64,000 nt of DNA from an uncultured virus (IMG/VR IMGVR_UViG_3300023178_000038) (IMGVR_UViG_3300023178_000038), one strand, 5' to 3'; shown: positions 18,983 to 27,662, counted from the first letter of the stretch. Program-made: numbers and translations. The notes: generated by a model not told the origin, from the sequence alone.

Positions 18983-18991
18983 ACTGTCTAC

Positions 18992-19072
18992 GGGGGTGTT
19001 TTAGATCGCAGTTAGATGTTTGTTCCAACCTTAACTAACTCAACGCAGGTGCAAATCCTGCCACCTCCACAA
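18992..19072 (+). ncRNA. Minimal tmRNA-like / tRNA(Ala)-like RNA without mRNA-like domain, copy A
   Basis: GGGGGTG/CACCTCC acceptor stem with G3-U70 and A73; T-arm GCAGG-TGCAAAT-CCTGC; helix AGTTAG/CTAACT; no D-stem; -10 box 6 nt upstream. Confidence 0.8.
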
Positions 19073-19301
19073 ATTACCACATAAACATTGACGTATTCAT
19101 ATACATTTCCGCACGGCTTCGGTTAAGGTATGGGGGTTATATATATGCGTGTGTTATGCGTGTGCGGTTGTATGTTGTGCTATGCGCGTGTTCGTCTACG
19201 TTGTGCGCGCGTCTGTGTTGTTATGCGTTCGCAAGTCTAACCGCATACTATTTTTTAAAAAACTAACGGGGATCCATACAAAACGAAATACGATTTTACA
19301 T

Positions 19302-19329
19302 AAAGAAAAAGCGGGCTACTTGTCCCGCT
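19302..19329 (-). terminator. Intrinsic terminator ending the early-gene block
   Basis: AGCGGG/CCCGCT stem then TTTTCTTT on - strand. Confidence 0.8.
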
Positions 19330-19353
19330 CTCTCTCTGTTGTTGTGTTACTGG

Positions 19354-19545
19354 TTAGCCGTAGTGTTCTTGATAATAATTTAATTCTATTGCTTGATTAT
19401 CAATAATACTCTCTAACTCTAATTTGGTTCGCTCTAGTGTTTTTTCTAATTCTCTAATGCGTTTTTTTAATGCGTAACTATCCGCCATTAGTCCCGATAG
19501 ATACCACGCAAAAGCAATTAAAAACAATAATATAATTACATTCAT
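19354..19545 (-). CDS. Small membrane-anchored coiled-coil protein
   Basis: N-terminal hydrophobic helix; TAATG coupling. Confidence 0.6.
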   Translation of the reverse strand: MNVIILLFLIAFAWYLSGLMADSYALKKRIRELEKTLERTKLELESIIDNQAIELNYYQEHYG

Positions 19546-19874
19546 TATTTATACATATCCATTCCCCAGTCAATCTGGCGCTCTTTGTCATATTCGCTAT
19601 AAGTCTCATAACCGTTATAGCCGTAACTCTTACGTTTAATATATTTATTCTTTAAACCTTCTATAAACCATTTAGGTTTGATATATAAATATAATTTAAG
19701 TTTAAAAAATATAAATTTAGGTAATAAATAAATAAAAATAGCTAAACCAAACAAGCGCCATTTATATTTAAAATGCTTCAACCGATTAAAAAACCTTAGC
19801 AATTTATTAAACTTTGTCCAATTAAGTCCAAAGTAGTCAAGCATATAACTATTACAATTATCTATTAATTTCAT
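19545..19874 (-). CDS. Hypothetical protein (start MKLIDN)
   Basis: GGGAAGG RBS before the internal ATG of the 19545-19931 ORF. Confidence 0.55.
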   Translation of the reverse strand: MKLIDNCNSYMLDYFGLNWTKFNKLLRFFNRLKHFKYKWRLFGLAIFIYLLPKFIFFKLKLYLYIKPKWFIEGLKNKYIKRKSYGYNGYETYSEYDKERQIDWGMDMYK

Positions 19875-19954
19875 TGTATTTCCTTCCCGTATACATAAGC
19901 TAATTATATAACCATGATCCGTATAAAACAAGTATCGATTTTAGATATATATAG

Positions 19955-19994
19955 CAAAAACCCGCTAAGACTATCGGGCGGATACCTAGCGGGC
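19955..19994 (-). terminator. Probable intrinsic terminator
   Basis: CCCGCTA/TAGCGGG stem followed by TTTTT on - strand. Confidence 0.55.
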
Positions 19995-20049
19995 TTATTG
20001 CTTGTGCGCTATTTACATACGTATAAGGGCTACAATGAAGCGCACATAA

Positions 20050-20508
20050 TTATAAATGGCTATGTCTAATCATATACCCCGCGCGGTCAATGTCACTCTC
20101 TAAGCCACGAAATAAAATTATCCCCAACGTATAAACCATGTGGAAAACCATATCCATTCCAGTTCCATGCACGCGTAAAATATTCCTTCCATACTTGTCT
20201 TGCTTCGGCTCTCTCTCATCTATAACCCAACTCATTAAATAAGTAATGTCTAAAATTTCGCTTCCGCTAGCCATGTGAAAACTAATTTGTCTATTCATTC
20301 CGTTAGGGCTTACCCGTCTAACTAAGCCGTGTATTACTGGCTTAGTGTCTGGCGCTTCCCAATTACTTTCTTTTACATGTTCCGCCAGTTTTATGCCGTT
20401 CCAGTCTTTGTAATCATCTGTATACACTTTAAAATTAGTATCAAATATTATATTAAATAATTGCACTTTACTTAATTCGTGTTGTTGTTCTTTAGTTAAT
20501 GTTTTCAC
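20050..20508 (-). CDS. Conserved phage hypothetical protein
   Basis: 152 aa; VRRVS.NGM.R.ISF...V.G.GMDM.FH.VY motif that I associate with phage early proteins. Confidence 0.7.
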   Translation of the reverse strand: MKTLTKEQQHELSKVQLFNIIFDTNFKVYTDDYKDWNGIKLAEHVKESNWEAPDTKPVIHGLVRRVSPNGMNRQISFHMASGSEILDITYLMSWVIDEREPKQDKYGRNILRVHGTGMDMVFHMVYTLGIILFRGLESDIDRAGYMIRHSHL

Positions 20509-20690
20509 GCTATCCCCTTTAAATGTTTTTTAAATTGTCTTTTAGCTTCTTGTATTCCATAACCGATATAAACTTGCTTGTTTGCAAAGTCATTCGCGTC
20601 ATGTAATATTAAAGCGCCATTAATTTTATTTTTATATACTGTTATTTCATTAGTGCTAGATTTTTCTAGCCGTTCTGGATATTCCCACAT
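20505..20690 (-). CDS. Hypothetical protein
   Basis: GGGAAGGTGATAAC RBS before ATG 20690. Confidence 0.55.
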   Translation of the reverse strand: MWEYPERLEKSSTNEITVYKNKINGALILHDANDFANKQVYIGYGIQEAKRQFKKHLKGIA

Positions 20691-20920
20691 AGTTATCACC
20701 TTCCCGTAATAAATTAATTACTTAATTATTATTTATAATCTTTTATTTGTCAAGGATATACAAAACCCCGTAATAAATAAAACCAGTAACAACAAATATA
20801 AAACCTATAACCCCGTAAAGCATAATTAAAGTTTTCATTTTCTTTTATATTTGTTATACATATTTAATTTAAAAATTCTAAAAGGTAATTTATATTTCCA
20901 TATTAAAAATTTAATTCTAT

Positions 20921-21217
20921 TCATAATGATCCTTTAGTGCGTAATTTCGGTTTTAGTCTAGCCCATACCGACTTTAGCTTGCTCTTGTTTTGTGTTTCAA
21001 TATATATCTTTGCCCAACTAAGTCCCGCTACATATCCCGCGTCATAGGATAAGTTGCAGTCCAGTGCTTCCCATTCTCCAACTGCTTCTAATACTTCGTC
21101 CGCAGTATCAAATTTCTCACCGTCAAACTCATAATCATAATGTCCGTCTTTGTTTTCACTATCAACACGTTCTTTTACACTAGCTATATCTTTATCAATT
21201 ACTTTTAGTATGTCCAT
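20921..21217 (-). CDS. Hypothetical protein
   Basis: 98 aa, GGAAGGA RBS. Confidence 0.6.
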   Translation of the reverse strand: MDILKVIDKDIASVKERVDSENKDGHYDYEFDGEKFDTADEVLEAVGEWEALDCNLSYDAGYVAGLSWAKIYIETQNKSKLKSVWARLKPKLRTKGSL

Positions 21218-21560
21218 ATCTATCCTTCCACAATTACTTCTACAACGCCATCAACAATCGATACTTGCTTGCGGTTATTAACAATATCAACAAATATATA
21301 ATTTATTTTTAGTATATGTAACAAATCATCAACAATATTACTTTTATCTATTACTACTTGTTCACCCAAATTATATAAAATCATAATTGCTCTACTTCTA
21401 TATCAATAGTCTCTCCACCAATCATAGAAAACTCACTAGGATTATTGGCTATATAGTTTTCTGCTTGTTCTTTATTCTTGGCTTTTACTTTATATACTTC
21501 TGTGCATGTTCTTTGCACAATATATTCTTTATCCATATCTATCCTTCCACAATTATTTCT
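21213..21560. repeat. 29 nt direct repeat at two gene junctions (21213-21241, 21532-21560)
   Basis: TCCATATCTATCCTTCCACAATTA identical, then (C/T)TTCT. Confidence 0.85.
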
Positions 21561-21835
21561 TTACCTTCATGTGATACTTCTGTCACATAAAAACAAAATC
21601 TGTCTACTAAACCTATTCCACTTGTCATGTATGGTTTATCGTCATCATCATAACGTTCTGTCCATACTGTATTTGGTTTAGCATGCTTCATCATTAAGTC
21701 ATAGTCATCTTTGACTGTATCGAACCATGTATATATTGGCTCACTATCACGATATAGTTGCCGTCCTTCTCCCGCTTCTTTTATAACACGTGGCTTATAT
21801 TTTTTCTCCCACTGGTCATAAGTAATAACTTCCAT
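21539..21835 (-). CDS. Hypothetical protein
   Basis: W..KYKP...NTVWT...SG..LVDR..FYVTE; AAGGAG RBS. Confidence 0.65.
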   Translation of the reverse strand: MEVITYDQWEKKYKPRVIKEAGEGRQLYRDSEPIYTWFDTVKDDYDLMMKHAKPNTVWTERYDDDDKPYMTSGIGLVDRFCFYVTEVSHEGKEIIVEG

Positions 21836-22064
21836 TAACAATCTCCTTCTCTACAACTGTTGCAAACTAATTCGCTTCCGCAACAATCACAATACGCGTC
21901 TTGACACTCACACATTGCTCTCAACATTGTGTAGCGGGCAATAACAACCATCAAAAATAGTTCCTTCTTGACAAACAATATCGCTATCGTATGTAATTGG
22001 ATACTCATTCTCCATTAAGAATGTCATACAACGTAACGTAAAGTCATGTATGTATTGTAATAAT

Positions 22065-22298
22065 TTATTTTTCACGCTTCTCCTTCCGTAAGTTATAGTT
22101 AATATCCATAACTATATCTAATTGTGATTTTATATGTTCTTTTTCTAATTGTAAAGCACTAAACTTATGTTCGTCTATGCTTCTGTTTTTGTATTCACTA
22201 AACATGTATCCAGTTCCAATACCAAAACAATATACTGTTATCCCCGTTAATAAGTCCATATCAATGTCCGCTACAACATGGCTTACAAAACTCAACAA
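22065..22298 (-). CDS. Small membrane protein (start uncertain)
   Basis: Hydrophobic segment then coiled coil. Confidence 0.5.
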   Translation of the reverse strand: MLSFVSHVVADIDMDLLTGITVYCFGIGTGYMFSEYKNRSIDEHKFSALQLEKEHIKSQLDIVMDINYNLRKEKREK

Positions 22299-22409
22299 CG
22301 TGTTGTTGCTCTAAGTCTTTACCACAATTCATACAAAACCACATATCAGTTTCGTCATTGTATTTAGCATGCTTCCCGCACTTATAACATTCTGTTAATG
22401 TATCGTCCA

Positions 22410-22694
22410 TTATTTTTTTCTCCATGCAAAGATACTGTGCTTACTCATGTAATACATACCTTCATATTTATTTTTTTGATACTTACGCAAATTCATAATT
22501 AAATTTGTGTAATTAGAATACTTATCTTTCCATTCTTGATAAGGCGTTAATCCGTTAGGCATTTTTATTTTAAATATAGTATCTTGCGTCCAACCATTAG
22601 CCAGTGCGCGTTCAACTATACTTTTTATATCTTGTTGCAATTCATCTGTTGTCTCTAAATATGCAATAATATCTTTTAATTCTTTTACCTTCAT
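22410..22694 (-). CDS. Hypothetical protein
   Basis: 94 aa, tightly packed after upstream gene. Confidence 0.6.
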   Translation of the reverse strand: MKVKELKDIIAYLETTDELQQDIKSIVERALANGWTQDTIFKIKMPNGLTPYQEWKDKYSNYTNLIMNLRKYQKNKYEGMYYMSKHSIFAWRKK

Positions 22695-22697
22695 GAT

Positions 22698-23528
22698 CTA
22701 ACTTAAAACTGCTTCGGCTTTAGTTCTATACTTATCTAAAGTTTTCTCATCATCACTGTTCTGAACACGTTGCATGACAATAGCTTCTTTGTTTTTTACG
22801 TTATCATCAGCACTAGAATGCTTCCATAAATAAAAACAATTCTTTACATAACGCATACTGGTATTTCCTTTATCGTTATTGATGTTCATTATCTTTGTAG
22901 CTTGTGTCAATATATCTGTGTTAATACCAAAAACGTCTGGTGTCATATTAAGATACTCTGTTCCACTCAACTTACATCTATCAGCTAAGTCTTTAATAAA
23001 AGTATCCATGACATTGTCAATAGCTTCTATCATGCGAACGTCTTGACGTTGTGTTCGTGGCGGTAACTTAAATAAGTTTAAGTATTCATCATCACTAAAC
23101 TCAAAATCAAAATATAAATTATCCATAGTTTTGTATTCAGTATTCTCTAACTCTCTCACTACATTTACTTCTGCACTCTCCAGAATTAACTTACATGTAT
23201 CATCTACTGTAGTTTTCTTATGCTTTAGTATCTGTCTTGTTGTGTGTAGTAAGTGCTTCGGGCTTACTGCTACGCAATAAATATTCTCATCATCTCTTAC
23301 TGCGTCATCAACAATAAACTTTGGATAGTAATTCTTACCAAACTCTACAATGTTTAACACGTATGAGTTAGTAACTTCTATCCAGAATATTTGTCTTGTC
23401 ATATCCCATTTAAACGCCATTGCAAACTCATCTCTTGTGTGGCTATCTGTTTTCTTTACTATTCCTATGGTTGCTAACTCACGTAAAACTTTTACGTCAT
23501 TGTAATCCATTTTTATTTCTATTTTCAT
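22698..23528 (-). CDS. Hypothetical protein, possibly a distant beta-clamp-like fold
   Basis: 276 aa; EVTNSYVL recalls the ATDSYRL clamp motif; weak. Confidence 0.4.
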   Translation of the reverse strand: MKIEIKMDYNDVKVLRELATIGIVKKTDSHTRDEFAMAFKWDMTRQIFWIEVTNSYVLNIVEFGKNYYPKFIVDDAVRDDENIYCVAVSPKHLLHTTRQILKHKKTTVDDTCKLILESAEVNVVRELENTEYKTMDNLYFDFEFSDDEYLNLFKLPPRTQRQDVRMIEAIDNVMDTFIKDLADRCKLSGTEYLNMTPDVFGINTDILTQATKIMNINNDKGNTSMRYVKNCFYLWKHSSADDNVKNKEAIVMQRVQNSDDEKTLDKYRTKAEAVLS

Positions 23529-24124
23529 TTAGTTATCTCCTTCTTATTTTTTAATGTATCAATAAGCCATTTAGCTTCTGGCTTATCTAATTTACTTTTA
23601 CATATTGTTTCAGTATGTCCGTCAAAAACAAACAACGGATCATGCTTTAAATTATGTTCGACTACAAAATTTTTTATTAGCCGTTCATAATTAACAACAT
23701 TGTAAAAACTATCTGTAATTGTATATAAAATATTTAATTTAACTCTACTGTGTTCTTGAAATCTACCTAACTCTCTTGACGTTCTACCAAACTTATAAAA
23801 GTAATCGTTCTCTGCAAAGTAAAATTCTTGTGTTTTGTTTTTGTGTTTTGTTTTGAGTTTCGTTCTACGTGTTTTATACATGCTATCCAAATAACATTGA
23901 CGACTGCAATATTTACTCTTACTTGCTCTTAAAATAAATTTAGAGTTACAAAAACCACAACGCACGGTATCTCCAATATGACGTGTAGTTTTTTGGTGCG
24001 TTCTTTTTTTGAAGTATCTTTGGTTACACTTGTTACTACAATAACGTAATGTTCTACCATGTTTCCTAAACTTATGTATATTAAGAATGTTGTAACACTT
24101 GTGATTTTCACAACGTAAATTCAT
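23525..24124 (-). CDS. Zn-finger + GIY-YIG (T5orf172-like) putative endonuclease
   Basis: Two CxxC...YCSxxC repeats; FYF...YKFGRT...RF..H...E..I...DGHTE. Confidence 0.65.
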   Translation of the reverse strand: MNLRCENHKCYNILNIHKFRKHGRTLRYCSNKCNQRYFKKRTHQKTTRHIGDTVRCGFCNSKFILRASKSKYCSRQCYLDSMYKTRRTKLKTKHKNKTQEFYFAENDYFYKFGRTSRELGRFQEHSRVKLNILYTITDSFYNVVNYERLIKNFVVEHNLKHDPLFVFDGHTETICKSKLDKPEAKWLIDTLKNKKEITK

Positions 24125-24369
24125 GTATCTCCTTCCACAAAGATGTAGTGCTTGCTAACTATTAAGAATTGGATACACTCCTACTTTATGTAGTGGCGGT
24201 TATGTATTATATTCTTAAATTTCAAACCGCTACCCGCAATAGTTAGCTTACACTTGTAACACATAATTAACGTGGTCTGCATATAGTTGTTTCGTGTCTA
24301 GGTGGTAATGAACCACCAACCATTATTATGTGTTAATTAATTTATAATCGAAGTTTTATTTTATGTCAA
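24125..24369 (-). promoter_or_regulatory. sigma70/SigA promoter plus ~210 nt multi-helix leader RNA
   Basis: TTGACA-17-TATAAA (24369-24341); 11 bp helix 24257-67/24325-35; 10 bp helix 24154-63/24238-47. Confidence 0.65.
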
Positions 24370-24578
24370 TCTTTTAAAATATTTTTTTTCCAACGGTTGT
24401 GTCTAACTATTTCTTTACGTGCGTCATCACGCTCACACGGTAGTCCGTCAATGTGGTGCATGTATTTTTCTTTGCATACTAAACATGGCTCATGTCTGTT
24501 AAATTCATACTCAACTTTAGCCATGAGACTAGCTAGATTAAGTGCTACTTGCCGTCCAACTGTATCTATATCTGTCAT
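24366..24578 (-). CDS. Small Zn-binding hypothetical protein
   Basis: CLVC...HH...C; ATGA overlap. Confidence 0.55.
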   Translation of the reverse strand: MTDIDTVGRQVALNLASLMAKVEYEFNRHEPCLVCKEKYMHHIDGLPCERDDARKEIVRHNRWKKNILKD

Positions 24579-24952
24579 GGTAATTGTTTCCAGAATGGAT
24601 CATCAAAGAATGAATTTCCGATTTTAGTTTCAACTATTTCTATAAAAGTATCAAGTGTTAAGCATACAATAATCGGCACTCCGTCTGGTTGTCTGCGTTG
24701 TCCAGATGTTTTAACTAACCGCTTCCAAACTAACGCTGTAAAGTTCGACTTTGACTTCTTGATTGCCTTAGCTAACTCACGTGTAACGTTGAGACTTTGT
24801 CTAGCTTTACACTCTACAAAAAAATCATTACCGTTCCATGTAAATTTAACATCACCTTTATCGTTCATACCACCTTCCGCAATTCTCTCACCGTCTAACA
24901 TCTTTGCTACGAAGGTTTCGAGTTTAGTTCCCTGTTGTTTTTGTTTACTCAC
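24575..24952 (-). CDS. Holliday junction resolvase-like PD-(D/E)xK nuclease
   Basis: KQQGTKLE...DKGDV...VECKA motif. Confidence 0.8.
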   Translation of the reverse strand: MSKQKQQGTKLETFVAKMLDGERIAEGGMNDKGDVKFTWNGNDFFVECKARQSLNVTRELAKAIKKSKSNFTALVWKRLVKTSGQRRQPDGVPIIVCLTLDTFIEIVETKIGNSFFDDPFWKQLP

Positions 24953-25389
24953 TATTCTTCTTTCTTAAATAGTTTTCTCTCCTTTAATGCTTTCGGTGAA
25001 TTTAGTACCTTAGATAATGAAGTTAAGTATTCGTGCATGTCAGCACGATAAAATCTACCATAGTCTAATTGCACACCCCGTTGAACATACTGATAAGAAA
25101 ACAAATCGTTCATGTCTAGTAAGACACTAAGATACCCAACGCCTTTTGCCGTAACTATTTCGACTTTAACTCCGCCATAGTGTGGGCAATCTTTTGTTGG
25201 AAAGTGTGGTTCTAGTTTATATAATTGTTGATACAAACTATTGTCTTCGACAGTATCGTTAGGAAAAAATCCTACTCGATCACTCTCTTCTATCTCTTCA
25301 CAATATGTTATTGCTTCAAGAAAACCATCACATGTATCCATTAAATCCCAAGAAGCTATACCGCCTTTGGTTTTTAATATGTCTTTCAT
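24952..25389 (-). CDS. Hypothetical protein (start MKDILK)
   Basis: Within ORF 24952-25419; ATG just after the upstream stop. Confidence 0.55.
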   Translation of the reverse strand: MKDILKTKGGIASWDLMDTCDGFLEAITYCEEIEESDRVGFFPNDTVEDNSLYQQLYKLEPHFPTKDCPHYGGVKVEIVTAKGVGYLSVLLDMNDLFSYQYVQRGVQLDYGRFYRADMHEYLTSLSKVLNSPKALKERKLFKKEE

Positions 25390-25390
25390 A

Positions 25391-25654
25391 CTACAACTGT
25401 AGCTGAATTTGATCGTCAAGTCTATTTAATAACTCTTGTTTTTTATCCTGATCATTCAATCTATACATGCTGACACTACCTCTGTGTGTGTGCATAGTAC
25501 ATTTTTCACCTAGTATATAATCTTGTCCGTGATCTTGTCGTATCTCTGATATTCTATTTCGTGCAGACCAACCGAACTCTATAAGCTCTGTAGCACAATG
25601 CCACTTCTTATCATCTAATAGCTGTAGGATCTCGTCTCTCATACTCATAGTCAT
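25391..25654 (-). CDS. Winged-helix DNA-binding protein
   Basis: ILQLL...ELI...RISEIR...Y.L pattern. Confidence 0.55.
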   Translation of the reverse strand: MTMSMRDEILQLLDDKKWHCATELIEFGWSARNRISEIRQDHGQDYILGEKCTMHTHRGSVSMYRLNDQDKKQELLNRLDDQIQLQL

Positions 25655-25949
25655 CTCCTTCTACTTCATACCATTCGTATTTTAATGTTAATTCACTGCC
25701 CATAGGTATGTCAACGATCGTATATAAATAATATTTTCTATGATCCAATATTTTTTTTAAGTTAGGTGTGTCACTATGATTTACAAAACCACCTAACGGT
25801 GTGCGTATTGTATCTAACGTAGGTGTGTCTATGATATGTGACATTCCTAAGTTTACACCTTTATCTATATCTACTAATGTAAACAAACCTAAGCCATCTA
25901 TCTTGCTAGGTTGTATTGTAAGATACTCTGGTAGTGGCTTGTAAGTCAC
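25611..25949 (-). CDS. SET-domain protein
   Basis: SKIDGLGLF, GFVNHSDTPN, ELTLKY. Confidence 0.85.
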   Translation of the reverse strand: MTYKPLPEYLTIQPSKIDGLGLFTLVDIDKGVNLGMSHIIDTPTLDTIRTPLGGFVNHSDTPNLKKILDHRKYYLYTIVDIPMGSELTLKYEWYEVEGDDYEYERRDPTAIR

Positions 25950-26212
25950 TTACTCAAATTAAAATCTTCATCTGGATCTAAATGTTTATTAATCATTACA
26001 CCCATAACCATGTTCTTAAACTCTTCTGATCCAACCTTAACACCAGGTCCATCAAACGGATTTATCGGATCATTTTTTTTAATCTTCGTCATACCAGTTC
26101 TCGTCCTCCCTGATCTCTTCTGTCACTTGTAAATCAATATGTGTAGGTTTTTCTACGATCTCTACGTCTTGAAACACACCACCAGTATCAAGTATTATTT
26201 TTATATGTATCA

Positions 26213-26971
26213 TTAGAATGGTGGTTCGTCTTCGCCAATGTCCTCTATTGCTTTTGCTTCAGGCATTGAAGGCATAAACCATTCTTCTGGTGCTTGTTTT
26301 TCTGCGTTAAAACTATCCATGTAATATATACGTGGATTACCATTGTCACATTCTTTGTTCTTACACTTCCAATCTGGATACGTGTCTTTTATTTTACCGC
26401 TTGCTTTATCTACCCTGTTGTCCCATAACTCACTCTGGCAACTAAGACATCTAGGTTCTACTGTGCCGTTAGTTACTACAACTTTTTCTTGAACCACTAC
26501 ACCAATCTCTTCTAATGCAGATTTAGTATCTTCTACTGGACCTGTAGGTACGTCTTTAATTTTTTCTTTAATAGAAGGTGAAGGAGTATAGCTATTGCTG
26601 TTGCCAGTTTTAGCTACACTCTTGGTAACTTGACTGTCCGACAAGTTCTCCACCTTCTGCATTTCTGTGACTGATGGACGCTTCTTTGCTTGATAAATCC
26701 AGTTCGCTAATGCTCTACCAACTGCGCTCGTCTCCCCGTTCTCTATCCATGATGTTTGGTTAGCACCTTTAGGTCCGTGTTGGTCTTGCGCTATACCAGT
26801 TGCTACTGGTCTTGCGTCTTCCATGTTTTTATAAATCTCTGCTTTATGAACAGCAGACTTGTGGTCTTCTGATATAGCAATAATATCAGTTTCTATTCTG
26901 CCGTTAGGATTATCTTTCCAAAACTTTTTTAATCTATCTTCTACTTGATCGTATTCATCTTGCCATGCCAT
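26213..26971 (-). CDS. Putative single-strand annealing/recombination protein with C-terminal Zn finger and acidic PF tail
   Basis: V.DRL..F...P.GRI.T...ATG.A...ENGETSAVGRALAN; CxxC...WDNR...PDWKC; ends EDEPPF. Confidence 0.7.
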   Translation of the reverse strand: MAWQDEYDQVEDRLKKFWKDNPNGRIETDIIAISEDHKSAVHKAEIYKNMEDARPVATGIAQDQHGPKGANQTSWIENGETSAVGRALANWIYQAKKRPSVTEMQKVENLSDSQVTKSVAKTGNSNSYTPSPSIKEKIKDVPTGPVEDTKSALEEIGVVVQEKVVVTNGTVEPRCLSCQSELWDNRVDKASGKIKDTYPDWKCKNKECDNGNPRIYYMDSFNAEKQAPEEWFMPSMPEAKAIEDIGEDEPPF

Positions 26972-27216
26972 TAGTCGTTCTCCTCCTCCATCATGTCTTG
27001 GTCTTTATCTATATGATATTCTACCCATACTTTTGTTTTTTTACCAACACTATATTGTTTTAGTAAATCTGTAATACTTTGTTCCATGTGATTAAAAATC
27101 AAATCAAACACTTCTTCTGCTTCTTTTATATTGCTAGCAGTCATTATATAATCACGTGTACTGTTGTCAGTAAACATAACTTTTACATCTCTATCCATTG
27201 GATCAGGTGCGCTCAT
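26971..27216 (-). CDS. Hypothetical protein
   Basis: 81 aa, coupled start/stop. Confidence 0.6.
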   Translation of the reverse strand: MSAPDPMDRDVKVMFTDNSTRDYIMTASNIKEAEEVFDLIFNHMEQSITDLLKQYSVGKKTKVWVEYHIDKDQDMMEEEND

Positions 27217-27422
27217 TCTTGTTCTTCCTTACTTGCTAGTTCTATTGCTGTCATCATCATTTCATTGTAGTTTTCTACAAATTGTTTTGTTAAACTTTCT
27301 ATTTTTTTTGCGTTAGGTTTGTTAAGTTTAATAGAAGTCTGTGACACTTCTTGACCACCGCATGCGTTAGCCATAGCTATCGCCCACTTCTTTAAATCCT
27401 TTTGACTTGTAAATATATTCAT
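27213..27422 (-). CDS. Hypothetical protein
   Basis: 69 aa, coupled. Confidence 0.6.
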   Translation of the reverse strand: MNIFTSQKDLKKWAIAMANACGGQEVSQTSIKLNKPNAKKIESLTKQFVENYNEMMMTAIELASKEEQE

Positions 27423-27425
27423 GGC

Positions 27426-27662
27426 TTAGTCGCCACCACGTTCTGAACGTACAAATACGTAGTGGATAACATTATTCCAATTCTCAAAGTGATGAATGTA
27501 TAGTCCGTGTCTGTGTAACCAATCACGTAACTCACCTGTGCTATCTATGTACTTAGGACTATGTTTATGTATAACAATAAATCCTCTACCAGTTTCACCA
27601 ACTGATTGTACAAGTTCAGACAACATAAAGTTATCATCAAACGTAGTATTAATTGCAGTCAT
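27426..27662 (-). CDS. Hypothetical protein, first gene of the early/middle operon
   Basis: GGAGG RBS, TATACT -10 upstream. Confidence 0.6.
   Translation of the reverse strand: MTAINTTFDDNFMLSELVQSVGETGRGFIVIHKHSPKYIDSTGELRDWLHRHGLYIHHFENWNNVIHYVFVRSERGGD

Noticed and set aside
18992..19072. Canonical tRNA gene or attP fragment of host tmRNA/tRNA
   Set aside because: No D-stem or 5 bp anticodon stem; both 5' and 3' halves plus a promoter are present, the copies differ in the T-arm, and no integrase is seen
21222..21384. Apparent frameshift in a small early ORF (alternative frame ends ...VEVIVEG-stop)
   Set aside because: Falls at an A/T homopolymer; sequencing error as likely as programmed slippage
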